From assembly GCA_002104895.1 (NCBI GenBank), contig MCFG01000028.1, positions 1 to 64,000 on the forward strand: a stretch of 64,000 nt of DNA. The letters run 5' to 3'. Each line of letters opens with the position of its first letter. The first letter of the stretch is position 1. The stretch is from Anaeromyces robustus. Lineage: Eukaryota. A program made the translations under genes and the position numbers. Shown in pieces: positions 25,718 to 39,498 of this stretch. The notes under the pieces are model-generated. The model did no database searches and had not been told where the DNA came from. It saw nothing but the letters and a program-made list of their open reading frames with translations.

Positions 25718-27609
25718 TTAATTTATTTTAGCTCCTAAACAATATTCTGGTGCATATCCTTGACGATTTGTATTTATATCTTTTACCATTACCCATCCAC
25801 CTTCATATTTTTGTAAAAGTTGAACTATCATACCTCTTCTTATAGAAATATCTCTTTCATCTGTACTTATATAATCTTGAATAACATTAAAACTATTAGT
25901 TGGATATCTTACAGTACTATTACTATTGCCATTACTAGGTGATGTAGAACTAGCATAACTAGTCATTGTACCATATGGATTTGTTCTAGGATTTCTTAAT
26001 GTTCCACTATTTAAGTTTCTTGATGAGGAATTAAAAACTTGTTCATTTGGATTAAAACCATTTTTCTTTGCATTTTCTAACATTTTTTTATTAGCTTGTT
26101 GATATTCTCTTTCTTGATTCATTACCGATTTCTTAATACTTTCCTGAATTTTAATTTCTCTAATATATTTTATAGAAAAATATAAACTTAAAATACCAAA
26201 TAATGATGCTAAACTAATTCCAGGATATAAAGATACGTTTTTAAGTTCATATTCTATATATTTATTTTCATCTTTTTTTGGAATATAATTTAAACTACAA
26301 CAACTCATTTCTAATCCAACATCAAGTTTTTCTTTACAAAAGTCCGTTCTTTCTTTTGTAATATATGAAACTTTTTTATTCTCTTCTTTTTCTTTAGCTT
26401 TTTCATTTTGTGATTTTACTTGATTAAAACCTTAATAGATATTATGTAAATATATAAATATATTTTTCATATATATATATTTAAAAAAAAAAAAAAATAA
26501 AAAAAAAAAAAAATAAAAGTAATTAAAATCATATAATTATAAAATAATAAATATATCTTTATTAAATAGTTCATATATTTACCACAATTTACTACTTCTA
26601 TATTTGTTTCATCTTTACATTCATAACTTCCATCCATTTGGAGTTGCTCACAAAAGTGCATGACATTTCCTAAATACGTATTTCTAGCATTTTCCATTAT
26701 TGTGTTTATTTCTTCTTGAGTAACCGTTTCACCAAAATTATGTATAGTTCTATATTTTGAATTTGGTGTAGGATTAGGGCATAATTCTCTGTCACTTAAA
26801 AATCCTTGGATAGATTCATAATATTCAGCACATTGATCAAGACATGGAACTTTTAATTTTGAAAATTCAATAACATTATTTGGATCATCCCGATATAAAG
26901 TATTATTATAATACATATAACAATTTATTGTTTTTGAATATCTAATAAAACCTTGGTATTGTTGTTGAAAATAATCTCCTAAAATTCTAATAATATTAAA
27001 TTTATTATAAAAAATTTCTGATAAACCTTTCTTATTTATTTCTTCATCATCATAATAACATAAACCTTCAGATAATAATAAATATCTAATATGATAATCT
27101 AAATAATTAGTACTATTTAAAGTATTATCATAAACTAATTTACTTATTCCCTTATTATAATATTCCATAATTGCGTTATTACTCAATTTGAAATGAATGT
27201 TTTTTTCTTTATAGTCCAATTGATCACAATACTGAAATCCTGATTCAACATCATCTGGATATTGTGTAGCTGGTTGAGCTTTTGGAGTTTTTGGAGTTTT
27301 TGGAGTTTTTGGAGTTTTTTTAGTTTCTACTTGAACTGTTTTAGTTTGTGGAGTTTCTTGTGTATCATTTTGTTGATTTTCTTCTTGATTTCCTCCTATA
27401 TTATTACCTTTAAATTGTTCATTTTCTCCTAAATTTGTAGTTTTATTATCTTGTATTTCTCCTTGACTTTGACCTTGTTCTTGACCTTGTTCTTGATTTT
27501 GTCCTTGACCTTGTATTTTATTTTGGTCAACAACTTGTCCTCGAATTTGTATTATAAGAAAAAATATTATAATTCCAAATTTTAACCAAAATATTCGATT
27601 CTTCATCAT
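25718..27609 (-). CDS. Single-pass receptor-like protein, paralog C (~579 aa), same architecture with C-terminal SH3
   Basis: Exons 27609-26583 and 26430-25718, same intron position and phase, same 12 Cys, TM and SH3 motifs. Confidence 0.9.
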
Positions 27610-29274
27610 TTTTGATACTATTATTTATAAATATTTATTATTTTCGATTATTAATATAAAACAATTACTACTTTAAAAAATGATTAATAATAATGAGAGT
27701 AATATTTTTTAGAAAAAAAAAATAAAAAGAAAAAAAAAATAAGACTAAAAAAAAAAATATACGTATAATAAATATGTCCTTATATACCTTAATATTTAAT
27801 GGGTAATAAATAAAAATATATAATTATAATTTTATACCTATTAAAATTATTTATGAAAATTAAATAAAATGATAAAAAAACAAAAAAGGAATTCTATATT
27901 TTTACAGTATATTATTACAATATACGTTAAATGCTATATGATAATGAGAGACTAATATAAAATAAAACAATAATAGTTTATATATATAATAATAATTTTT
28001 TTGAATATTAATTATTCTTTATTAATTAAATTCAATTATATTATTTTTATATATTTATTTAATATTAATCTTTATTTATTTTATGTTAATTTTATTATTT
28101 TTTCCCTTATGATTAACTCTTTTGATAAAAAAATTAATTAAAATCTTTTGTTATTTGAATAATAAATTTATTTATTTATTTAATATTGTTTATTTTTTAT
28201 TTATTATATTGATTTATCTTATTTTTATTTTATTTTTTAATATTCTATATTATTTATTTTGTTATTATTTCTATGTTTTTTTTTTTTTTAATTTTCTTTT
28301 AATTAATTATTTATATATAAATTCCTTTTTATTTTTATCTTTATTTTTTTTTTTATTTTATTTTACTTTTATTTTAAAAAAAAATAAAAGTAAAACTTAA
28401 ATAATAATTAAAAAATTGAAATAAAGAAAAAAAAAAAAAAAAAGAACTTTATTTTTTTTTACTGTTTTATTTACTTTATTTATTTATTTTATATTTATTT
28501 TATATATTATTACAAATATAAATTATTATATTAGATTATATTAGATTATTCTATAATTAATTATTATTGTATCATATATATTTATATATTATAAATTATA
28601 TTTTAATTATATTAATGTTTCATGTTACACAAAATAGATAAAAAAGAATATTAAATATCGAATTCAAAAATATGCATAAAAAAAAAAAAAAAAAGAACAA
28701 AAAATAAAATAAAAATGTAAAAAACTAATAGATAAAAAATAGTTAAAATCTTTAAAAAAAATAATAATTAAAATATTTTAAATAAAATAAATAAAAAAGA
28801 AAATTCTAATTTTGATTTAGTTTCATTTTTATTTTAATATAAATAAAGTAAGCATCTTCATATCTATTCATTTTGAACTTTTCTTAATTAAATTTTTGTA
28901 ATATTAATATTATTTATCTATTAATTAAAAGTTACCATAATTTTTTAATAATGTATTTTTTTTTCTAAAAATACAAAAAGTATTATTAATTTTGTATTTC
29001 ATTATATATATATATTTTTATTTTTTATTTTTATTTTTATTTTTTTTTTTTTTTTTGAATTTTGTTTCCATTCAATCAAATATAAGTATTGATAAAGTAT
29101 TTATAATAAGTAAATAAATAAATATATCATTAATTAATATTGGAGTTTTCCGTTTAAGCTTATATATAAATACGTTTTTCATTTCTCAATTATTAAAAAT
29201 TATATAATTGTTAAAATTGTTTAAAAATATGTAAAGTAAGAAAATTATAATTCAAGGTGAAAAAACTAAAAAAG

Positions 29275-29308
<34 letters not shown>

Positions 29309-30579
29309 CTTGAGAAAAAAGAAACGAGTAAAGAATTTCATATTAATCTTGTAAGGTAGACTGATAAATCTAATTTCCATAATAAAGATGTAGTATTTTT
29401 AGTTCATATATTCCAAAAGATTCTAAAGAGTTTAATATTAATTCTATTAGAGAATAAATTTCGATATAATTACTATAATTCAAACGCCTATAAAGAATTG
29501 TATTATATAATAGGTAATTAAGACAAATAACTTAACATTATATAACAGAATCTCCATATAGAAGTTGTTATCATTATTGGTTATATTGACATCGCCGGTC
29601 TATCTTATTGAATTATCAGCTTTGATGCTATATGTTTCTATTTATAAACGATAGGTATTGTTATATTTAATAAGTTAGTTTATTATATTATCATAGATGA
29701 GGCCTAAGAATATTCACCAGTGTCATTTGGGCATTCAAATATTTTGGCCCACACTTTATTAGTAAAATTTTATGTTCATGATTGCTTGTTAATTTTCCAT
29801 CAAAAACCATGTAAAAAAACTATTCGAATTTCATACAATGTAAATCTAGATATATCCATAATTTAAATGGAAACTTTATAACGATTTTCTATTGTTAATT
29901 TAGATATTCTAACTGCTCTAATATATCAAAAATTATTTTGATGATTATCATTAAAATTGAAAACAAAATGAAATCATTTTTTAAAAAAAATCAAGATTTT
30001 TTAAAAGTATTACCAAGTCTATTTTCTCAAAATATTATTAAATACTAGGCATATTAAAACCAAAGTGTAAAAATTTGATTAATTATACATTCATATATTT
30101 AATTAAAAAACAATATATATATATATATATATATTTACTTTTTATAAATACTAAAAAAAAGGAAAAAAAAAATATTTTAATTTAAAAATTAATAAATAAT
30201 TTTGTTTTATTTATTATATTATATTATTTACAATAATTTAAGAGAGAAATAAATAAAAAAAAATATTATAAAGTTTTTATTATAAATATTATGTCTTTAT
30301 TATTATTATATATGTTAAATTTTAAATGTAATAAAAAAAAAAAGATGAATTATCTTTTTAAGTATTTAATTATAACTACAATTATTAAACCTATTATTAC
30401 TTTTTTTATTTTATAATGGTAAATTGGTATAATGTTATTTAATTTATATATATATAAAAAGAAATATTAATGCTGCTTTTCCTAATTTCTGGAGTATATC
30501 CTTGATGATTGGTATTTATATCTTTTATCATTACATTGCTGTTTTTCCTAATTTTTTTTTCAATAAATTTATTTTATTT

Positions 30580-32634
30580 TTAATTTAATTTAGCTCCTAA
30601 ACAATATTCTGGAGCATATCCTTGACGATTTGTATTTATATCTTTTATCATTACCCATCCACCTTCATATTTTTGTAAAAGTTGAACTATCATACCTCTT
30701 CTTATAGAAATGTCTCTTTCATCTGAACCCATATAATCTTGAATAACAGTATAACTATTAGTTGGATACCTTACAGTATTATTACTATGTGATGAAGAAC
30801 TAACATAACTATGCATAGAACCATATGGATTTGCTCTAGGGTTTCTTAATGTTGCAGTATTTAAATTTCTTGATGTGGAATTATAAACTTGTTCATTTGG
30901 ATTAAATCCTTTTTTCTTTGCATTTTCTAACATCACTCTATTAGCTTGATGATATGCTCTTTCTTGATTTATGATAGATTTTTTAATACTTTCTTGAACT
31001 TTAATTTCTTTAATGTATTTTATTGAATAAAACAAACCTAAAATACCAAATGCTGATGCTATAGAAACTCCAGAATAAAGAGATACATCATTTATTTTAT
31101 ATTCTATTAATACTTTTTCATTTTTTTTTGAATATTTATATTTACAACATGATTTACTGTCATCTAATCTACTTAAATCTAAAACATTATTAGAATCACA
31201 ATATTGATTTTTCAATTCTGAAATATTAGCATTATTTTTTATTTCATCATCATCAACACTTTGTTCTGAAGATGTATCATCGAATCCTTAATAAATATTT
31301 ATGATATTTATAATATAAATATTTATATATTATTAAAAAATGAATATATTTAAACAAAATAAGTATAAAAGATAAAATATAAAAAATTAAAAAAAAAAAA
31401 AATTTATCGGAATATATATTTAATTATAATAATATCAATAATATAATAATAACAATAATAACAATAATAACAATAATAACAATAATAACAATAATAACAA
31501 TAATAACAATAATAACAATAATAACAATAATAATGAAAATACATAAATACTTTTTTTTTTTTTAATTATCTATATATACTTACCACAATTCACAACTTCT
31601 AAATTAGATTCATCTGAACAATCACTTATATGATTGATATTAAGTTCTTGACAAAAAGCCAAAACTTTTTCATAGTATCTTTTTCTTTGTTGATCAATTT
31701 CATTATGTAATGAAGCTTCATCAGTAATGCCCGGATTATTGTCATATATGGTTCTCATATCCGATGGCGGATAAGTACATAAATTTGTATCACTTATAAA
31801 TGAATTAATAGATTCTAAATATTCAATGCATTGGTTTAAACATGGTGGTTTCAAGTTTAAAAATTTAATAACATTTTCATCGCTATTAGGATCAGGTGAT
31901 TGAATAAATAAATTATCTCGATAATAAATATAACAATTTATTGTTTTTGAATATTTTATATGACCACTATATGTTGTTGGTCTACTATCTACATCTTGTG
32001 TTATTTTCCCAATTTCAAATGGTTCATAAATTTTTGATATAGCTTTTTCATTTCTTTCATCATTATAATAACATAAACCTTCTGTTTGTAATAAAAAACG
32101 AATATGATAATCTAAAACAAATTCATCTTCTAAAGAATATACTTTTACAATTTTTTTATCAATATTTTTATATTTTTCAACACTATTTTTACTCAATAAA
32201 ATATTTGTACCATTATAATGTTTACAAAATTTAAAGCTTGGTACTATTCCTATATCTTGTCCTAAATTTTCTTCAGAAACTTGTGGTGTTAATCCTTGAT
32301 TTTGTATTTGAGTTTGATCTGAAGTCTGTTGTTGTTGTTGTTGTTGAACTGGCTCTTGATTTTGTACTTGAATTTCCTCTGTCGTTTGTTGTATAATTTG
32401 TCCTGTATTTTGTACTTGAGTTTGATCTGCAGTTTGTTGTTGAGTTTGTCCTGTATTTTGTGCAGGAGTTTGATTTGTTGTTTGTTGTTGTATTTGCCCT
32501 GTGTTTTGTTCTGGTGTTTGACCTGCAGTTTGTTGCTGATTTTGAATTTGATTTTCTTGAACTTGTCCTTTAATACTTATTATAACAAATAATAATATAA
32601 ATAAAAACTTCAACCAAAATATTTGATTCATCAT
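30580..32634 (-). CDS. Single-pass receptor-like protein, paralog D (~585 aa), same architecture with C-terminal SH3
   Basis: Exons 32634-31584 and 31286-30580, same intron position and phase, Gln/Thr-rich 16-aa repeats after the signal peptide, 12 Cys, TM, SH3. Confidence 0.9.
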
Positions 32635-33849
32635 TTTTAATATTGAAACTTTTGAAAATAATATTTTACTCTCTTTTTCTTAATATAAAAAAAAATATTT
32701 TTCTATTTTTCCAATTATTTAGGTTAACACTTTCTTATTCAAAAAAACAAAAACAAAAACTAAAAAAAAAAGCTTTTAAGTTTATGTTTTACATTATTTT
32801 TGAAAATTCTATATATTATTATTTATTTCTCTTTTTCTTTATTGTTTAAGTTGATTAAATTTATTCTATATCTTTATATATTTAACTTTTTTGTTAAATA
32901 TTAAAAAAATAGAAAAGAAAAAAAAAAAATAAAAAAATATATATGATGAATTTTAATATATTTACAATTACTATTTTTATTAATAAATATTAATTAATTA
33001 AAATTGTTTTTTAATTATTATTAATTATTTTTAATTTTATTAATTATTATTTACTTGCTTTTTTTTTATATATTTATTTATTTATTTTATTTTATTATTA
33101 TATTCATTTTTATTTCATGATATTCTAGTGTTTAATTGATTTTGGGTATTTTGGAATAAAAAATCATTTTTTGAAAGGAATAAAAAAAAAAAAAGTAAAT
33201 AAATTGAATGTATCAATAATATATTACAATATATTTAAATATATGTTGATTAATTAATTTTATACCAAAATTTTTATTATTTTTATTTTTTTTTTATTTT
33301 ATTTTTTTTATAATAATAAATTGATAGTATTGTGTAATATTAATATTATGATAAATTTATAATAAATTTAATAATAATATTATTAATACTATTAATGATA
33401 TGTAGATACATCATAAATAATAAATGAAACAAATTAAATACATTAAATTAATTTATTTTTAATAAATTATTCAACATTTCTATAATATATTATGAATATG
33501 AAATTATTATAATTGTATTAAATTTCTATTGTGAAAAAAATTTTTTAGCGAATAATTTTTCTAATTCCAGAAATTTTTTTATTAAATTGTATTTAAATAA
33601 TATTATAATATTAGATTTATTTTTTAAAAAAATAAGTAAATGAATAACAAATATAATAAATAAGTAAATGAATAAGTAAATAAATAATTAATTAATTAAG
33701 TAAACATATATATAAATAAGTAAATAAATAAAAATTACCGTATTTATTTGAAAATATAATAATTAATAATAATATATAATAATAATAAAAATAATATTAA
33801 TGAATAATAATAATAATAATAATAAATAATAATAATAATAAAATAATTA

Positions 33850-33889
33850 TAAAATAATATTAAAATAATAGTTAATAATAATAATAATT

Positions 33890-33923
<34 letters not shown>

Positions 33924-34680
33924 GTTGTTGATGTAAATAATAATAAATAAATAATAAATATTTAAATATATAAACAAATAGCAATAATAAATAAATATAT
34001 AATATATAGATAAATAAATATATATAATATATAAATAAATAAATAATAAATAAATAAATAACAATAATAAATAAATATATAATATATAAATAAATAAATA
34101 TATAATAATAATATATAAATGAATAAATAAATAATAAATAAATAAATAACAATAATAAATAAATATATAATATATAAATAAATAAATATATAATAATAAT
34201 AAATAAATAAATAAATATATAATATATAAATAAATAAATATATAATAATATATAAATGAATAAATAAATAATAAATAAATAAATAACAATAATAAATAAA
34301 TATATAATAAATAAATAAATATATAATAATAATATATAAATGAATAAATAATAAATAAATAACGATAATAAATAAATATATAATATATAAATAAATAAAT
34401 ATATATAATATATAAATGAATAAATAAATAATAAATAAATAAATATATAATATATAAATAAATAAATATATAATAATAATATATAAATGAATAAATAATA
34501 AATAAATAAATAACAATAATAAATAAATATATAATATATAAATAAATAAATATATATAATATATAAATGAATAAATAAATAATAAATAAATAAATAACAA
34601 TAATAAATAAATATATAATATATAAATAAATAAATATATAATATATAAATGAATAAATAATAAATAAATAAATAAATGAT
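33850..34680. repeat. AT-rich degenerate minisatellite/low-complexity array
   Basis: Recurrent AACAATAATAAATAAATATATAATATATAAAT and ATATAAATGAATAAATAA blocks. It generates the spurious F/I/Y/L ORFs in the track. Confidence 0.85.
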
Positions 34681-35261
34681 ACATAATAATGATTTAAATC
34701 TATATTTATTTAGGTATTAATTGGATGATTAATATTTTGAATTATTTTACAATAAATTAATTAAATGCTTTTCAATTTGTTGCAAAGAAGATATATTTTA
34801 TGTATTGTTTACCCATCTTTTTTTATATTAAAAAAATAATTAATTATCTATTTTAATATATATATTAAAATTATAGAAAAAGAAGTAGAATAAATTAAAA
34901 TATATTTTATTTTACTTTTTTTTTTCAATTCTATATTATGAAAGAAGTATAAATTTTTTTTTTTTAATTATTATTATTATTATTATTATTGATTATATAA
35001 TATACCATTATCATTTATAATTAAATAAAATATAATTAATTATTACAATTAATTATATATATATTTAAAAAATCATTTAATTTTTTTGAAGGTAAAAATA
35101 ATTTTTATGATTTAAATTTTAAATTCTATAATTTTATATATAATTTATCAATATATAAATATTTTTAATAAATAATTTAAATAAATGTAATAATATAATA
35201 TAATATAAATAATATTAATATATATATACTTTATCATAATAGACATATAATAATTTACAAA

Positions 35262-38200
35262 ATGAGTGATTCAAGAGTACACGAATTTGATGGAATCTAT
35301 CTTGGAGGTTCAATGATTCCTGTAATTATAGATATAAAAAATAATAATTATTGAAATATTATAATTTTCCTTTAAAAAATAAAAAGAATTATATATTAAA
35401 TTTATAAATGTTATTATTGCATTTAGAAAATATTTTAAAAGTTATATATTACATTTCAAGATCATACTAATAAGATTTTTGTTTTAACATTTTTACATTA
35501 TTATTCGATTATATAATTAATGGAATTATTTATTATTATAATTTAATAATTAAGGCCGTTGGAAAATTAAAATTAGCTACTAATGGTTTGGCATGGAGAA
35601 ATTCAAATACGGGAAATATTATAACTGTTTTACAAAATGATATGAAGAAATTTTCATGGTATAGAGTTGCAAAAAATTATGAAGTAAAATTACAATGTAA
35701 TAATGGAATTATATATAAATTTGATGGATTTGCAAAAGAGGTATAATTTTATATATTCTTTTTTTTTTTTTTTTTTTTTTAGATTTTCATTCATTGTATA
35801 TAACAAAAAAGAAAGAACAAAATTGAAATTGAAAATGATAATTATCATTTCTGTTATTATTATTTTTTTTATACTTTAAATTTAATTTCTCTTTTTTTAT
35901 TTTTTTTATACACTTCATTTTAATTTTTAATTATGATTTTTTTATATTCTTCATTTTAATTTTTAATTTTGTTTTTTTTTTTATATTTTTCATTTTAATT
36001 TTTAATTATGATTTTTTTATATTCTTCATTTTAATTTTTAATTTTGTTTTTTTTTTATATTTTTCATTTTAATTTTTAATTTTGTATTTTTTTATATTTT
36101 TCATTTTAATTTTTTATTTTGTATTTTTTTATATTCTTCATTTAAATTTTTTATTATATATTATTTTTTTATATTCTTCATTTTAATTTTTTAAATTCTA
36201 TAATAAATTGCTAAATTCAAATCTGATATTTTTATTTTAAAAAGGATTATGAAGGATTGGCTTCTTTTATAAAATCACATTATAGAATTGTTTTAGAACA
36301 AAAAGAATTATCATTAAGAGGTTGGAATTGGGGTAGAACTGAATTTCAAGGAACTCAACTTTCATTTTTAGTAGGAAATAGACAAGTTTTTGAAATTCCA
36401 TTAACAGAAGTTGCAAATACTACATCGACAAAAAATGAAGTTGCATTAGAATTTACTCAACCCGAATCTGGTAATAAAAAAATTAAAGAAGATACAATAA
36501 CTGAAATGCGTTTTTATATTCCTGGAATGGCTACTATTCATACTGAAGGAGAAGATCTTGAAAAATCAGCTAAAAAAGCTAATACTGAAGGTAATGAAGA
36601 TGAAGATAATGAAAACTTAGTTTTAGGTGAAGATGGTGAAGCCATGACTGCTGCAGCCGTTTTTCATGATACTATTAAACAAAAAGCTGATCTTAGAATG
36701 GTTACTGGTGAAGGTATTGGAAGCTTTCAAGATTTACTTTGTCTTACACCACGGTATATATATTTTGAATATATAAAATATATTATTGTTATTTTTCTTA
36801 TTATAATTATTATTACTATTATTATTATATTTATACCTATATTAATCCATATTTTTATACATATATTTTTTTATATTTTATTTATAATTATAATTAAAAA
36901 AAAAAATAATAATAATAATAATTAATATTAAATAAATATTATGATATATAGTGGTAGATTTGAAGTTGACTTTTATCCAACCTTCCTTCGTCTTCGTGGT
37001 AAAACACATGATTATAAAATTAATTATGTTTCAGTTATAAAACTTTTCTTATTACCCAAACCTGATGAAATGCATATGATGTTTGTAGTTGGTCTTGATC
37101 CACCAATTAGACAAGGTCAAACTCGTTACCCATTTTTAGTTTTCCAATTTGCAAGAGATGAAGAAATAGATATTACACTTCAAATTGATGAGTAAGCTTA
37201 TTATTTATTATACATTATTAAAACATTATTTAAAATTAAATGCATAAAATAAATTATTTAATGAAATATATATTAATAATAAAAATTTTATGATAAAAAT
37301 TATTTGTTATTTTTGTTATAAAACAATATTAAAAAAAAATTTTTTTTTATCTATTATAGAGAATTATTAAAAACAAAATATGAAGGTAGACTTCAAAAAT
37401 CATATGACGCACCTACTTTTGAAGTAGTTTGTAGTATATTTAAGGGTTTAACTGGAAGAAAAGTTATTGTACCAGGAAACTTATATAAAAGGTTAATATT
37501 TTATAAATTATTAAAAAAATTATAAATTATAATAAACATATAATAAATTTAAGTCTGAAACATATTTATATATATATATGTATAATTTTTTTTTTTTTTT
37601 TAAAAAAAATGTTTATTGATATAATATAAATTAGTCATCATTTACATCATGCTGTAAAATGTTCATTAAAGGCCAATGAAAGTTATCTTTATCCATTAGA
37701 TAAAAGTTTCTTATTTATACCAAAACCACCAACATTAATTGCTCATTCAGAAATTGCAAGTGTAACATTTTCAAGAGTAGGAAGTGGTATTACTAACACA
37801 AGAACTTTTGAAATGAAATTTAATATGAAGAATGGTGTTGATTATCAATTCGGTGGTATTAATAGGTTATTATTAATTTATTATATATTATATATTATAT
37901 ATTATATATTATTTATAATTATTTTTATATTATATTATTATCATTATTAAATTTTATTTATTTTATTTTTATTTTATTTTATTTTATTTTATTTTTAATA
38001 ATATAATTATATATATATTAATTTATTACAAAATGAATTATTATAGGGAAGAATATCCTGCATTAAATGAATTCTTACAATTAAAGAAAATTAAGGTAAA
38101 GAATGAATTATTAGAAGAAAATACATTAAACTTCCATGATGAATTAAGTTCAAGTGAAGATGATGATGATAGAAGAATGGGTCGTTTAGGTGGTGATGAT

Positions 38201-39498
38201 ATGGATGATAATGATGAAGATTCAAGTGGTAGAGTATTAAATTTTAGTTTATTATATTAATATATATTAATATATTAAATATGTAAATATTATTTAAAAA
38301 GATTATAATTAACGTTATTTTCATATATTAAAAATATAATATTCCTAATAAATAGAGGATGAAGATTTTGTTGCCTCAGAAAGTGAAAGTGATGTAGAAG
38401 AAGAATTTGATGAAAATTATGGAGGTACAGATAGTAGTGAAGATGAAGATGAAGATAAAGGTCATTCAAGAAAACATTCACGTTCATCGTCAAAGAATGT
38501 TGATTCTGGAAGTGATCTAGAAGGTAATGATATAAATCAAATTAATAATAAATAATAGATATATTAAAAGTGTATAATTAAATTATCACAAAATATAATT
38601 ATTATATTATTATTATATATGTTTTAATAATAATCGCATATTAATTTTTATTAATATATTTTAACATGATATATCAATAATTTAAATATAATATTTGAAG
38701 AAGTTAAAGAAAAGAAAAAGAAAAGTAGTTCAAAGAAAGAAAGTAAAAGTTCAAAAGGTGATGAAAAATCAAATAAAAGAAAGAGACAAAAGGAAGAGGG
38801 TGCTCCAAAGCGTCCTATTACATCTTTCATGTTCTTTTCACAAGATAAAAGAGCAGAAGTTAAACGTGATAATCCAGATGCTTCATTTGGTGAATTAGGA
38901 AAAATTATTGGTAATCTTTGGAAGAATGCATCTCCTGAAGAAAAAGAGGTTAGTTTTAATAGATTTTTTCATATATAAAAAATAAAATAAAATAAAATAA
39001 AATAAAATAAAATAAAATAAAATAAAAAATAAATTAATTTATTTATACAATAATAAATAGTAGTAATAACTAAATAACTAACAATAAAACCATATAATAT
39101 ATTCTATTCTATTTTATTCTATTCTATTATGTTCTATTATATTTTATAATATTATATTATATTTTATTCTATTATATTATATTCTATTATATTTTATAAT
39201 ATTATATTATATTCTATTATATTTTATAATATTATATTATATTATAATTATAAATAATATATATACATTTTAAAATAAAAAGAAATATGAAAAGAAAGCA
39301 TCAGAAGATAAGGAACGTTATAGAAGAGAAATGGAAATTTTTGAAGGAAAGAAACAAGCTAGTGGAGCATCTTCACCAACTTCAAAATCTGGAAATTCTA
39401 AAAAGAAAATTAAAACTAGCAATTCCGAAAGTAAATATAAAAGTAAAGAAGTATTAAATGATGACAGTGACAATGTTGATTCCGATGATTTTAGTTAA
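35262..39498 (+). CDS. POB3: FACT complex subunit SSRP1/Pob3 with C-terminal HMG box (10 exons)
   Basis: Motifs ELSLRGWNWG, EMRFYIPG, LCLTPRGRF, RLRGKTHDYKI, DPPIRQGQTRYPFLV, VKCSLKAN..LYPLD and HMG box PKRPITSFMFFSQDKR..W...EK..YE..A..DKERY. Exons approx. 35262-35321, 35555-35740, 36245-36753, 36952-37191, 37360-37491, 37635-37865, 38047-38228, 38356-38523, 38701-38948, 39283-39498. Confidence 0.95.
35913..36192. repeat. ~35-bp intronic minisatellite (about 8 copies) in POB3 intron 2
   Basis: Repeating T(C/T)TTCATTTTAATTTTTAATT(A/T)TG..TTTTTTTATAT. Confidence 0.85.

Noticed and set aside
33847..34684. Long F/I/Y/L-rich ORFs here and at 6899-9099, 20747-21448, 24013-24276, 28122-28400, 39820-40128, 53754-54135
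   Set aside because: They are translations of (TTTA)n, (TTTATA)n and poly-T low-complexity DNA that lacks stop codons by composition, not credible membrane proteins.
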